Assembly: GCF_006345805.1 (NCBI RefSeq)
Contig: NC_043003.1
Location: 109,740,001-109,804,000 of the forward strand
Length of the DNA stretch: 64,000 bases
Reading direction: 5' to 3'
DNA from: Octopus sinensis
Lineage: Eukaryota
Part shown: one piece after another, positions 26,150 to 39,423 of the stretch
Numbering within the stretch: position 1 is the first letter of the stretch
How the letters are laid out: every line of letters begins with the position of its first letter
Notes under the pieces: generated by a model
The model's database searches: none
Told to the model about the DNA's origin: nothing
The model's input: the letters and a program-made list of their open reading frames with translations, nothing else
Program-made: the position numbers and the translations under genes

Positions 26150-26815
26150 CTGTGTGCGATTCAAATATTTGAGATGTTTTTAGAGAATTGTCAATATGTT
26201 TGCTCAAACTCTGAGATGTTTATAGATCTTTATATCTTAACTACGATGTGATGTTCCATAGATAGATTCCTTTATCATAAATAGGATGTGATGTTTTATA
26301 GACAGATTATTATAGTTTTGAAAAAACTTTGGGCCGCTGTTCATAGATTTCGACGCTCGTCTCAAACATCGAGATTGCTATACATAAATTTGTCCCCACG
26401 CTGGAATTGCGGCGTGTTTACCGGATTCCTCTTCGTCCCCACCTCTATCTCACCCCCTCCTCTTCCATTCGGTTTTCAGTGCTGCTGTAAGCAGTCACGA
26501 CGGTTGGATGGCTATTTAAAGGCGCCCGAAAAAATGTGTACGCCTTATCTATTACTTCAAACTTTGAAATATTACTGTGTGTGATTCGAAGATTTGAGAT
26601 GTTTTTACAGAATTGCTTACATGTTTCCTAATACTTTGAGATGTTTATAGATTTTTCTATCTTAACTACGATGTGATGTTCCATAGATAAATTCCTTTAT
26701 CGTAAATACGGTGTATTGTTTTATAGATATATTACTATAGCTTTGTTAAAACTTTGAGAAGTTGTTTGTATGTCTTAGCTATGCTATGTCCATCTTATCG
26801 ACGCTCCTCTCAAAA
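26150..26815. repeat. imperfect direct repeat, period about 425 bp
   Basis: ACTGTGTG.GATTC...TTTGAGATGTTT...TATCTTAACTACGATGTGATGTTCCATAGATA at about 26150 and 26575. Confidence 0.8.
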
Positions 26816-27100
26816 AACCCCTCTCATCCGCTCCCAATCCACCACCAGGCCTATCAACTACCAGTCGATTCAAACAGCCTGTATTAGTAGCGCTGCAGTA
26901 ATATCAGTAGTTAAACCAACAACCGTAAATCTGCCATCATTTTGTGTTTAAAGAAATCGGGAGAGACAATATCATGACCTCTGTACCTTATAATAATAAT
27001 ATAAGTCTAGTAATAATAGTGAAACTATAGTAGTGAAGAAGTAAATAATAAAGTAGGGATTATAGTAGTAATAGTGGAATTATAACCGAATAATAAATAA

Positions 27101-29690
27101 CCCAGAATAATTAACAAGTGGCTTTATGAAACCGTCGAGTCGTCGGCGACTAAACCGGCAACTCCACTGAGCTTGCTTAGTGAGAAGGAGGGTGGATTTT
27201 CGACATCCTGCGAGATTAAAAACAAAACCTGGTAAAGGGCAGAGGAACTAAGAAAAATCAATGGCCATTTTGAAAAGCCAGAACTCGTGGCTTTGGTTGG
27301 AGTCTGTCTAGGAGAAAGAACACTTTGATTTTGAAATGGGGTAGATAGGACTCCTCGGTCGCAGTGATGACAAATTGTCAGTGTTCAACTGCTCTATATG
27401 TGGAATGAAGGCGAAAGAACTGTGAATTGAAACTTAACTCCGGAGTAATATTTGGATGGAGATACGGGACCAGCTGACGCTCACCTGTCTCCTAGTGAGA
27501 ATCATGATCATGGTCCCCAACATACAGAAATGCGAAGGAAACAATCCCAACTTATGGATAGTAAGAACTCTATAGTCTTGCTTCACAATCTTACTAGAGA
27601 TTGTGTCTCGATAAAAATACTGATTGGTGGCTAACTTTAAAATACAAACCACATTGTTGAGTGAAAATGTCTAATACAAATATATCAAATAATGGTATTA
27701 ATGAGGCTGGAACCAAAGGTGAAAGCTTTTTGCCCTATGGTTGAGCAGCACAGGCCTGGTTATCATCCAGAGACTGCTTGTACACAAAGCCAGAGACTGA
27801 GAAGAAGGTGGGATAAGGAGGCGAACCGAACGGTAATTGAATGCTGGCTCAGGCGTGAATCCAGTTGGAGGGGATTCCGACAACGCATGGAAGCAGAATG
27901 GAATGAAAAAGGACTCTTCGAAATAAGTGAGCAACGGTCAGCCAACCAGGCAAGAGCAATAAGAGCAAAAGGCTGGCAAACAGACATGGAAACTGAAGAG
28001 ACAAAAAGGAAAGTAGAAAATAGAAATAATACTTCACCAACAGATAATGTGCGCAGTGAGAGCAGAGAAATGAATGGCGGCAGTGAAGGCGTAGCGCCAA
28101 TTGTAAATTCTCAGCAAATGAAACAATAAGAAGAGCTATATCACAAAAATACAATGATGACCATCAAGATATAGTGAGGATGCTGTACCGATATATTAGA
28201 GAAGACCATGTTCAAGCAATCCCCAATCTAAAGTAAATTGATCGACGTAAGCTCAATGTTGAAACCGAAACGATAGATTTGCTTCTTGGGTTGTTCCAGA
28301 CGAGAAATATAACTGAAAATGACAAGATTATTTGGGCTGCAGTTATAGTTGCTGCAGATAGAGTTGAATAGAAAAGAAGAAAAGAAACAGAACGTAAAGA
28401 ACGAATTTGTGAGAAACAAAGTTAAAATGACATTTAGGACAAGATGATAGATTGAGAAGAAGGGAATTGCAGAACGAACGCAAAAGAATAAAACTGGAAA
28501 GAACATACAAAATAAAAGATAATGGGTATGATGTAATATTAGAAGAATTGAAACAAAGAGTAGAAGTAATCAAAGCAAAACTGGAAAGACATGACAATAA
28601 AACAAAACAATTCAGGCAAAACAGATTGTTTGAAACAAATAAGAAGAAACAGATTCAGGAACTAGATGGACAATTACTTGTAATAATGCTACCAGATGCG
28701 GAGGAGAGTAGGGCATTCTGGAGAGGGATCTCTGGGACCAACCTGAATAGCATAATGATGAAGCAGAGAGACAGCATGACATCCAAGATAGGTTAAGAAA
28801 TTCAGAAGGTCAAGAAGACATGAAAATATATACAGAAATGATAAAAAGAAAGCAATAACAAAATTTCCCAACTAGGAAGAACCCAGGACAGGATGGGATT
28901 GGAGGTTATTGGATGAAGAAGTTGAAAGGTCTCCATGAAAGGATAGTGCAACAGTTAGATGAATGCTTGCAGGAAGGCGCAGTAGTCCCCTGCTGGATGA
29001 GAAAGGGAAAGACATTGGTTGTGTGCCAAAGAAAAGGGAAATGTTGCATCCAAGTTTAGACCAATAATGTGCCTTCCGCTAACATGTCTGGTGCTTTGGC
29101 AGGCGAGTTGTAAGGATAGTTGGAAAAAAATGGGCTGCCTAAAGAGAGGCCAGAGAACGAAGGATCAGCTGTTAATTGATAATCTAATTATCAGGAACTG
29201 CGAGAGAAGACACACAAACCTGAGTACAGCATAGGCTGACTATCGTAAAGCATGTGACATGATATCACACTCCTGGATAATAAGAACAATGGAAATGTGT
29301 GGCGTAGCAGAAGATATGAGAGGCTTTACATAGAATGGCATGGCGTGCTGGCGAACGGAATTGACAGCAGGGAATCAAGTATTTGGAGAGGTGAAAATCT
29401 AGAGAGGAATCCTCAAGAGGTACCATGTCCCCCCACTGATCTTCGTGCTGGTAATGATGCCCTTGAGTGAAATACTACAGAAAACAAAGTTGGGGTATGA
29501 TCTGGGAAGAGGCAAAGGAAAACTGAACCAATTGCTATTCATGGAAGACCTAAAGCTATTCACAAAAACTGTGGCAGAACTGGACAGCCTAGTCCTGTCT
29601 GTGCAGATTTTCTCCAATGATATTAGGGAGGAGTTTGGACAAAATGTGCTACGATGGTGATGAAACGAGGGAAGCTTGTCAATGTTCAAC
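27101..29690 (+). mobile_element. R4/Dong-clade retrotransposon: 5' UTR, N-terminal domain and RT, 3'-truncated and frameshifted
   Basis: RRRWDKEANRTVIECWLR...GFRQRMEAEW...SEQRSANQARAI, QFRQNRLFETN, FRPIMCLP, GQRTKDQLLID, LNQLLFMEDLKLF, EEFG; starts after a degenerate TAA-rich tract. Confidence 0.85.
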
Positions 29691-30129
29691 CCAGTATACA
29701 ATATATTTGCTTGTCGTGTGGGGTTGGAGTCAGTGTAAGGTGGGTAAATTTAAAAACCATATGTGGTTGTATACATACATGTGTGTGTATGTGCTTGCAT
29801 ATCTCAAATCCGAGTGAATGGCACATGCACCGTCGAAACAAGTATACATATGTCTTTATCAAACGTAGAATGTGTTGCTAAATGTTTTCTGCTCTTGAAG
29901 GTCATCTGTGGAGTTTTTTTTTACTCCCACTTTTATACAAATACCTCTATAAAAACCTTGTTTCTCAGAAATAGACTATTTCATTACCCTTGCAAAATAA
30001 ATTAAACATGTAGAAAATGTAGTTAAGGGCCTTGTGATGGCAGTTGCAACTAGCTACGTTAACTACGTAAATTACGGGTCGGGTGGCCACTCTCAAAAGT
30101 AGCAAGGTGAGAGAGAGAGAAAACTAACG

Positions 30130-30445
30130 TTGGTTACAACGACGTGGATTCCAGTTGATCCGATGAAAGGAACAGCTTGCTAATGAAATTAACGTATAAG
30201 TGGCTGAGCACTCCATAGACATAAGTACACTTAACGTAGTTCTCAGGGAGATTCAGTGTGGTATACAATGTGACAAAGCTGGCCCTTTGAATTACAAGTA
30301 CAACTCATTTTTGTCAGCTGAGTGAAATAGAGTAACACGAAATAAAGTATTTTGCTCGAGGACACGACGAACCATTTGGAATCCAACTCCCGACTTTACG
30401 GTTGTTAGCCGAATACACTAACCACTAAGCCACGCGCCTTCACAT
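30130..30445 (-). mobile_element. SINE family C
   Basis: Shares GTTGATCCGAT..GGAACAGC...AAATTAACGT..AAGTGGCTGAGCACTCC with 47800-48183. Confidence 0.75.
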
Positions 30446-30529
30446 GGAAAAAGTGAGGGAAAAATGGTTTAAAAAAACAGAGGAAAATGTGTGTGTGCGT
30501 GCGAGAGACAGAGAATGTATGTATATGTT

Positions 30530-30730
30530 GATTCAAATTTTGGCATCATAAGACCAACGATTTTTTGGAGAGGAAATTAATCGATCGCATCGACTTCAGT
30601 ATTTGACGGGTAATTTATTGAATCGACCCTGAAAGAATGAAAGGAAAAGGTGACCTCTGCAAGATTTGAATGTAAAGACCCCTAAAGAATGCCGCTTAGC
30701 ATTTTGTCCAATATGCTTAAGATTCTGCCC
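30530..30730 (-). mobile_element. SINE family A, degenerate
   Basis: ATCGACCCTGAAAGAATGAAAGG core. Confidence 0.6.
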
Positions 30731-31671
30731 GAGGCAGAGATTATATTGATGGAAATATTTTGAGTTATTTTCCCACTATCCTGTGAAAGTAATTATAGCG
30801 TTGTCCTCGCTTCTTTTTTAAATGTATAATTTTTTGTTAATCAGTATATCATAATTGTCTAGTTATCTTTCATGTTGTTGAACACAGAATTTGCATTTCT
30901 AGTGTCTGTGAACGTAGGACACCATCAAGTACTTTACAATATATGATACAAACTATCAGCAAAGCCTCATATTCCTGTTATCTGCACTTATAGTTAATTT
31001 AAGTAGTAATAAAACCTTAAAGCTATAACTAACACGTTATCATCTTTTAATTTCATCTGAGAGATGTATATATTTGAGTTCATCCTACCAGTGTATATTT
31101 ACACGCGTAAAACTACTGTGATATATGTTGACAGAGCTCAACTCAGAGGAACGTTGAGCTCTGTATATTTATACATAGTTCCAAGATATAAATAATTGAC
31201 CTTTTTGCTGCTGCTTTAATTTTGTGATGTCCGGCCCTCTCAAATAGAGGTTGGGTGGGGGCAATACAGTTAAGTAGGTCTTTGGACTTGGTGCTATTAA
31301 AATACAAAATAAAAATGAATAAAAGGAAAAAGGGAAAAAGGAACAGAAAATGAAAGCAGAAATTGTCAGCTTTTAGCAAAATTGTAGTAATGGAGAAGAG
31401 TTAATTAACAAAGGATCGTGTCAAATAATTAGCTGAGCCACACAGAACAGGTATTATTTACGTTATGCTAGCGGCAAGAAGGGCCAATGATTCTTCCTTC
31501 GTCAGGAAATACGAAGGCTGTGTCTTCCGTGTCAGAACACCTTTTCTGTAAAACGAGGGCACGAAAGACATTAAGTTACTGGAGCCTAAACAATCCAAAA
31601 CCTGTTGTGAAGCGGTGGTGAGAGGACAAACACTAGCACAGAGACACACAAATTCATCTATCTGTCTGTCA

Positions 31672-31952
<281 letters not shown>

Positions 31953-32527
31953 GATCGATCGATCTGTCTATCTTTGTATGTATGGAGCGATAATGAGCTA
32001 AAATTATACATACACTACTCTCTGCTCAGGAGAAAATTTTAGGTGCAGGCGTAGCTGTGTGATAAGAAGATTTTACAACCGGTGTTGGTGTGTTTACGTC
32101 TCTGCAACTATCTATACGATGGCTTTCACACAGTTTCCACCTACCTGATTCATTCACAAGGCATTGATGGGGCGGCCCATAGCTGTAGTTGAAGACATTT
32201 GCCCTAGGTGACTCGTAGTGGGACTGAATCCGCAGACAGGTGGTTGCAGAATGATCTGCTGAACCACGCAACCATGCTTGCGCCTATATACTTTCTTTTC
32301 TTTTTTCTTTGAGGAAGTCTCATTGTTATCGCAACGTTCCTCAACTTATTAATTACTGGCATTTGCGTTTTCGACAAGAAGTCTGGTAAAGAGAATTGTC
32401 ATGTGGTCACAATCCAATGATGAAAAAAAGTGACCGATAAATGGTAAAATATATAAAAGGTTTATGATTTGAACATAGACAAAAAGAAAAAAAAGAAGAA
32501 GAAAATGACATTTGTAAATTCCACAAT

Positions 32528-32700
32528 GTGGAGGTGCGTGGTTTAGTGGTTAGGGTATTGAACTCATGATCCTAAGATTGTAGTTTCGATTCCTGGACCG
32601 GGTGACGCGTTGTGTTCTTGAGAAAACACTTCATTTCACATTGCTCCAGTCCGCTCAGCTGGCAAAAATGAATAGTCCTAGGGCAGACCGGTGTCCAGTC
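32528..32700 (+). mobile_element. SINE family C-type head
   Basis: GTGGAGGTGCGTGGTTTAGTGGTTAGGG...GTTTCGATTCCTGGACCGGG. Confidence 0.7.
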
Positions 32701-32917
32701 CCAGGAATCTCGGCATGACTAGAAAAAGTAACCCTAAATACCGCAAACTATATTTTCCCCGCTGCTCTTCTTATTCTCCTACCCTTTCCTCACAACATAA
32801 GCTTATTAACCATGGTACAGGGTGTCCCAGAATTAACAATCTATTTCAATGAAATAGGACAAATTTATAAAAAAAAAACAGTAGGATTTTATTACTTAAT
32901 TATGATGCGAAAATAAA

Positions 32918-33329
32918 TCTCTCTCTATATAAAGCTGAAGTTGTCTGTGTATGGCAGGTTTGGTAGCCTTCAACTAACACTATCTCCTCCGAGACTCTGC
33001 GGCGCAAGTTGACCAAAATTGGGAGTATGATAGAAGAAGGCTTGCTCTTCCTTCCGTAGAAGAAAAAATTCAATTCGAATCATGTTAACAGTAAAAATCA
33101 TTTTCATCAAAAAGTTGCTTATTTTCTATGAAAATTCCTATTTCTTTACGATTTTTTTACTGCTGTGTCGCCCTTTTTCGATGTATTTCAACCAGAAAAA
33201 CGTTCACTTTTAATTACTGAAATGTTATTCAAGAGAATAACAAGCTACAAAATCTTTACTTTTAAAAGATTCTAATTCTAAAGGGTCGAAAAGAAAACAA
33301 GCCCGAGCAACGATGGGCTATACTGCTAG
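32918..33329 (+). mobile_element. non-autonomous Helitron
   Basis: A|TC start, subterminal hairpin GCCC...GGGC, CTAG|T end, no TSD. Confidence 0.8.
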
Positions 33330-33678
33330 TAAATTTATAAATCTTACGTCAAAATTTTATATTGAAAATTTTTCAAGAGCTCCGTTGGTATCCCTGCAAA
33401 TTTCAAATCTATCTTTAGCGTTGCGAAATACATTTTGAAGTAATTTAAAAGTTATCTCCTGCATGGTTAACTGAATGCGTTCTTTCAGTTCAGCTAAACT
33501 ATTGCTCTATCCTGAGGATGTCGTTAGAGAAAATGATTGCAGACAAATTCAAAAAAAGCTCTTGTGGACATAAAGCGTAGCCAGATGACAGGAAGGAAAA
33601 TAAAATTATATAATTATATAAAAAATTGCAATCATTATAAAATTACATACAAAATAAAAAAATTTATGCACTTTTAAC

Positions 33679-34094
33679 GGATCTTTTCGGTTTGAACGGC
33701 AGTTATTAAAAATAATTTCCACGTAACCAAACACTTTTAAACTTCGTATACTGGTAGAATGTGTTTATAAAACATCTTTTTCTCTTGGCTTTATTGAGAA
33801 AATTCTATAGTTTGTAAGATATTTGTTGTTGTTTTTTCTTCAATTTCTGCAATTTCAACCAATCAATGACGTCTATTGAGGTGAAATCATTCTGTGCCGT
33901 ATGAAAATGTCCCTTGTTTAAGAAACAGATTGGGTTTATTTACATTTCTGAAGAAAAAAGATACCCTTCCCCCACCCCTAACCATAACTCTAAAATAGAT
34001 TGAAATGCAATAGATCGATACTAGGGTCATAATTATGGGAGACAATTTCATATGACACCGCTAGAAAAAACTGCCGTTCAAACCGAAAAAATCC
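33679..34094. mobile_element. MITE with GG termini and 8-bp TSD (Merlin-like)
   Basis: TIR GGATCTTTTCGGTTTGAACGGCAGTT / AACTGCCGTTCAAACCGAAAAAATCC; TSD CTTTTAAC at 33671-33678 and 34095-34102. Confidence 0.8.
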
Positions 34095-34720
34095 CTTTTA
34101 ACATATATTAAACATGATAGACATAGATAAAAACTCTCCGATTTCGCTGAAATAGCTAGTTAATTCTGAGATACCCTGTATTATTATATAATCAGTTTTA
34201 TATCTGTATAACTAGATAGAACGATTTAAGTATGCCAATAGTGAGAACAAACTAAAAAGGTGTTGCCATTTAATTTACGCCTTTCATTAGCTGTGAATGA
34301 CAAGTTAACGCAGTGTTGCTTAGCAACAAAATTAGGTAGGCGTTTGATTGGCAAAGCTTTGAATTAGCGGAATTAATTAGAGACCTATAATCTTTTGCGT
34401 AGTTTTCACAAGAAAATATTCTTTGTAATTTAATGGCAGAACAGAAGCGCGAGGAAGAAAACATATTTGCTTACAATAAGGACAAAATCAAAATAGTGTG
34501 AGGGGACTTTTCTAAATAACGGTTGTTGTATTGTGGAGATGCATTAAAAAGTATTGATGAAAAAAAAACTTGAAGGAATTAATTGAAAAATCATTTATTT
34601 TGATAATTTTGTTTACGCTTCTATGTACTTTTCTTTGTATCCGTGTGTGTATGCGGGTGTATGTATGTGAGCAAGTGTGCATGTGTCTATAAATGCATGT
34701 GAGTATGGAAGAAGCCCATC

Positions 34721-34755
<35 letters not shown>

Positions 34756-35329
34756 TAGATAGATAGATAGATATATGTATGTGTGTCTGTTACTGTCTTC
34801 TTGCCTGGGCATCACGTGTTAGTTGAGAGCGAGTGATATCATCATGCAAGCGGTCTCGTTTGTTTCCAGTCTTATGTGAAAACAAGTCTAGTCAAGGGGA
34901 GATGTTACTTTGTTAACAAGTGAGGGTTTTTGTGTATGTTATTGTTCATTTTTATTTCATGATTTTGTGTCAATAGAGAAAGAGTTGGTTTCCAACCTAG
35001 ATCCAAGATTCCTTCATTAGAATTTCAAAGCATGAACAGGGCATTTTTGTATGTATGTATGTATATGTGCAATATCTGGAGTCAATGCATAGTATTCTCA
35101 TGCATGTAATTGCATGTCTAGACAAGCGCATAGACTTCTGGAAAGTTCTACAGATATTTGTAGTTCCAGTGATGGCTTGGGTTTGTAGTCTTCGTATGTA
35201 TGCATGCATGTATGTATGTATGTATGTATGTATGTATGTATGTATGTATGTATGTATGTATGTATGTATGTATGTTGTATGTATGTATGTACGTATGGTC
35301 GTATGTATGTTTGTCCTTGATATCTAAGT

Positions 35330-37000
35330 TTTCGTTCGCAGAATTCAAAACGGCCAACAACCAAGTAACAAGGTTCTTTTTGTCATGATAGTAGATCTCC
35401 AGTGGCCTATACAGAGACGACGCTCTGTTCGCAATCCAAAATTCTAGCAACCGAAAAATGAAACAGACTAGATAAAGATTAAACATTTTTTATAAACGTC
35501 GGCCTTAGCATCTCTTTCTGTAACAAGGTTAAAACTGCTAATTTCTTGGACGTAACCTTGGACTTGCAAAACCAAACTTTCTACCGACACCACAATCCTT
35601 GGTAAAACCTCTACGACATGAACTTCACCTCTAACCACCCCAGCTCCGTGTTAAATATATTGTGGAAAGCGTTTCCTACTGGATTTCCTCACTATCTGCT
35701 GAAAATAATTTATTTGATCAATATGCTGAATATTATAATTGTGCTCTACAACTTGCCGGATATAAAAACTCAATCGAATACATCCTCATGTGGGATATTC
35801 CTTTCTCCACTAAACCTAGAATTGAAACTAGTTCTGCACCTCCATATAGTAAACGCATAATCTGTCCCGTCCTCCAATCCCTGTCCAAATTTCAGAGTAA
35901 CAGACGACCAAACAAAAAACCTTTCTATCAAATGACCCCAAATCTCATATACATCCCAACTCACCGAAACAGACACCATTTTACACCCCCAAACCCTATC
36001 CCCACCCAATCAACACTCTGAATTGGAATAAACGAACAAGAATCCGGGACGTTTTCTGGTTCCACCCCTTCACCCTTGAGTACTTAAACTCTTCTTTACC
36101 CTACTCGAAAAACATTTCCCTAAATCTAGCCCCCTTAGAAAAATATTTAACTCCCAATCTATAAAATTGTCCTACTCCTCCACCATTATCGCCACCAGAA
36201 ATCCCCAGCCTGATAACCTCTACCCTAATAAATTAAATCAACATCACTCCTAGCTCCATACACATAAACCCAAAACATCAGTTGACTCCCTTAACAACAC
36301 TAACCCTCATAACTCCGACTATAATTCCACTACTAACACCCGAGCCTTAAATTTACAACAACGCCCAAATATATCACTTGTAAAAGTAGAGAATGACACA
36401 GAAGACACCTCCGAGTTCAATAATTATTAGATTCAACCACATTTATACAAGCCTCAACTCCTTAACAAATACTAATCTTAATGCCAGCAATAATAACGAA
36501 CCTAACACCGGTTCCTCAATAAATAGCAATAACCTCACAAGTTCATCCGGAACACCCACTACAAGTCCATGCAGCTTCAGATGCCCAATCGCCTGTCCCT
36601 TAGATAACCTCCGTCTCACAAAAAGCATCGTTTATAAATGTACAATATCAACTGCTGACTGTAACTATATATATATATCGGCTCATGTACCACCACCTTC
36701 AAAGCTAGACTGAGCAACCACTAATCCAATTTCAAGTCACAAACAAAATTCAACAGCACATAGTTATCTCAGCTCACCAATAAACTAAAGATTGATTCAA
36801 CTCCTTACAATCTCAAGTGGTCCACGCCAAGCCATACAGAAGCTATAATAGCAAGTGTGATCTCTGCATAACAGATACCTTAGTTATTTTGCAATCCACG
36901 GATTGTCTTAATGAACGCAGCATTATAATGTTTACCTGCAAACATCGACCACGAAATCTATTCTCAAAATACAAATAACAACAACCCCCCACTCCCCCCA
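35330..37000 (+). mobile_element. Penelope-like element: decayed RT, thumb and C-terminal GIY-YIG endonuclease
   Basis: GLYRDDAL (about 35403), NFLDVTLDL, SNHP, LSAENNLFDQYAEYYNCALQLAGY, HFPKSSPLRKIFN, CPLDNLRLTKSIVYKCTI...YIYIGSCTTTFKARLSNH. Confidence 0.8.
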
Positions 37001-37984
37001 ACCTTCATAAAATTTCCCACTTATTTAACCACATTACAACTATATATAAAACCAATAATATAGACTCCTTTAAATTCCTTATTGTCATTTACATTTTCTC
37101 TGTATTTTTCCTTACCATTTAATAAATGTTTTCCTCTTATTTCACCTGCCCATCTCCTACTCCCTCCCTTCGTAAACTGACAGGTACACACGCCAACATA
37201 CACCTCTACTATTTCATGCTGTAAACACGCTCATTGCACACGATATACATACCTGAATTGAAAACCAGTATTAGCCGCCATGATTCTTCTCTATTCTTTC
37301 TTGTTTTCTTCATGTCTATATAATTTCTCCCCCTTGACTAAAAGCCTTTCTCCACCCTCTTCTCTCCATATTATTTTTGTTCTAATACCACACCCACTCA
37401 CGTTGTTATTTTCTGTGATTCGGTCAAAACAACCCTATTGAATACTACCAGCCAAATGATCGTGCTTAAGTTCCTCATTCTCTTCCTTCATGCACAATTT
37501 TTTCCTCCTCCTTCATCAATAATTTTCCCTCCACGTTATCTTTTTTCAAATACCACACGCCTTGCTCATTTCTGTGATTCGACCCAAACAGTCAAATGAC
37601 CTTGCTTCAATTTCTCATTCCCATCACTCCCTTATATATTTCTTCCTTCTCTTAATCCTTATTTCTTTCTACATTTATATTCTCCTCTCCTACTGTGCTT
37701 TCCACACATTCTGATTGAATTTTCCATGTGCTAACATGTACTTCCTACCGACAATGTAAACTTTCATTTAATCAAGATATTCTTGGCCTGAAGAAGTAGA
37801 CTGTAGTATACACCTCGCATGGATATTTACCATATTAAATGTTCTATTGTAAAATGTTTAAAAAGTGAAAAATAAATCCTGTAATACTGAATTAATTTTT
37901 TGCTGTTCCTAAATTCAATCACATGGCGTATTCATCCAACTGCCAAGCTTTATAGAAATCCGTCAACTATAGCAATAATGTATT

Positions 37985-38289
37985 TTACATATATCACAAA
38001 ACTTCACTTCACAAAGAGAAAACACGATTACTTCGACATAACAGACGTAACACAAGGAATGTTCAAACAGTAGATCAAATAACAATTACGCTTTTTATAT
38101 ATCACCAAACTTCACTTCACAAAACAAAAATACGATTGTTTCGAATCGTAACACACACAACATGAGGAATGTTCAAACAGATCAATTGAGAATTGTCCAG
38201 CAGATAAGTTGAATTTGTAACTGGAAATTGCGCGTGAGTGAGCCGGTGCCTGTTGGCGTAAACTGTGAAGCCAGCACTTCACCTACTAG
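37985..38289 (+). mobile_element. Helitron-like 3' end preceded by a tandem duplication of about 108 bp
   Basis: Hairpin GTGAAG-CCAGCA-CTTCAC followed by CTACTAG|T; ATATCAC.AAACTTCACTTCACAAA...AGGAATGTTCAAACAG occurs twice. Confidence 0.55.
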
Positions 38290-38437
38290 TAGAAATTGAA
38301 ACTTTAATTAAACTAGTTTTGAGATCATACACTATATTAATTATTAACAATTTTATTCAAGAGTTAATAGTATTAGAGGTCAACAAACTTCCTTTTTATA
38401 AGTATTGTAGATAGATGCCTTGTGTGTGTATGTATAT

Positions 38438-38511
<74 letters not shown>

Positions 38512-38583
38512 ATATTTATATTTATATATATCATATATCGCTCTCTCTCTCTCACACACACATATATATATATGTATGTATGT

Positions 38584-38673
<90 letters not shown>

Positions 38674-38919
38674 CACATACACAACAAGCAAAAAAGCTAG
38701 TTCTAAAATCCATATAGGAGATGCAAGTAGTAACTATACTGAAAAGTAATGTTTGTTGCCACTTCAACATGGCCGTTCCATACAGGACGATGTTACGACG
38801 TTACTATTTTTCAACCTCAGGAGAACATCTCTAGCTGTTTAACGACACAACATGTGTCGGATATATTGCAAGCAGAGGAGCAAACCCCTGCCATCATCTA
38901 ACGATATGACAGCACCAGT

Positions 38920-39250
38920 AGACCAGTACTCAGAGGCATCTGAAGGTACAACAATCTTCTCTGCCGGATCAAAGTGTGCTAAGGCCAAATCAGATGTTTA
39001 TATCTTTTTAATTTCGTCGAACGCCTTCTGACAATTTTCAGAGCAATTCCACTATACATCTTTCTTTAGCAAATTATTTAGTGGAACCTTTACCTTATGT
39101 ATATTTGGAATGTAATTTTGGTAATAATTTGCCAGTCCCAAAAAAGCTTGTAAGGTCGCTATATTTGACGGAGGGGGCATACTTTTAATTGCGTCTGCCC
39201 TCGACGTACCTTATCAACGACCATTTTTATTAATGATTTGTTCAAAATAT
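38920..39250 (-). mobile_element. Ty3/Gypsy pol fragment (RT to RNase H connection)
   Basis: AIKSMPPPSNIATLQAFLGLANYYQNYIPN...PLNNLLKKDV*WNCSENCQKAFDEIK...LAHFDP...SDASEY. Confidence 0.85.
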
Positions 39251-39423
39251 TTTATGACAAAACTTTGACTTACCTACTCGCAGTATTTAAGGACAACTAC
39301 CTTCCAAAGCGAATGTTTTTTCTTCGTACTCCTTCGTACTCCTTCGTACTCTTCGTACTCTTCGTACTTCTCGTAAACCTTGCTGATCATGAAATTGCAA
39401 CTGGTGTTTCATAAATTTATTAT

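Larger units (their letters stand above)
32818..34178. mobile_element. Tc1/mariner-type non-autonomous DNA transposon hosting two nested insertions
   Basis: TA|CAGGGTGTCCCAGAATTAAC ... GTTAATTCTGAGATACCCTG|TA, with TA target duplication. Confidence 0.8.

Noticed and set aside
25427-26164. Longest ORF (245 aa) as a host gene
   Set aside because: It is a Tx1-like LINE fragment reading through (TAA)n-derived poly-N into the 556-bp element.
35330-37000. Selenoprotein-encoding (Naiad-type) PLE
   Set aside because: The endonuclease lies C-terminal to the RT, and the stops and frameshifts are consistent with ordinary decay.
39320-39375. TTCGTACTC(C) tandem repeat, about 5 copies
   Set aside because: A short slippage-type minisatellite with no further structure.
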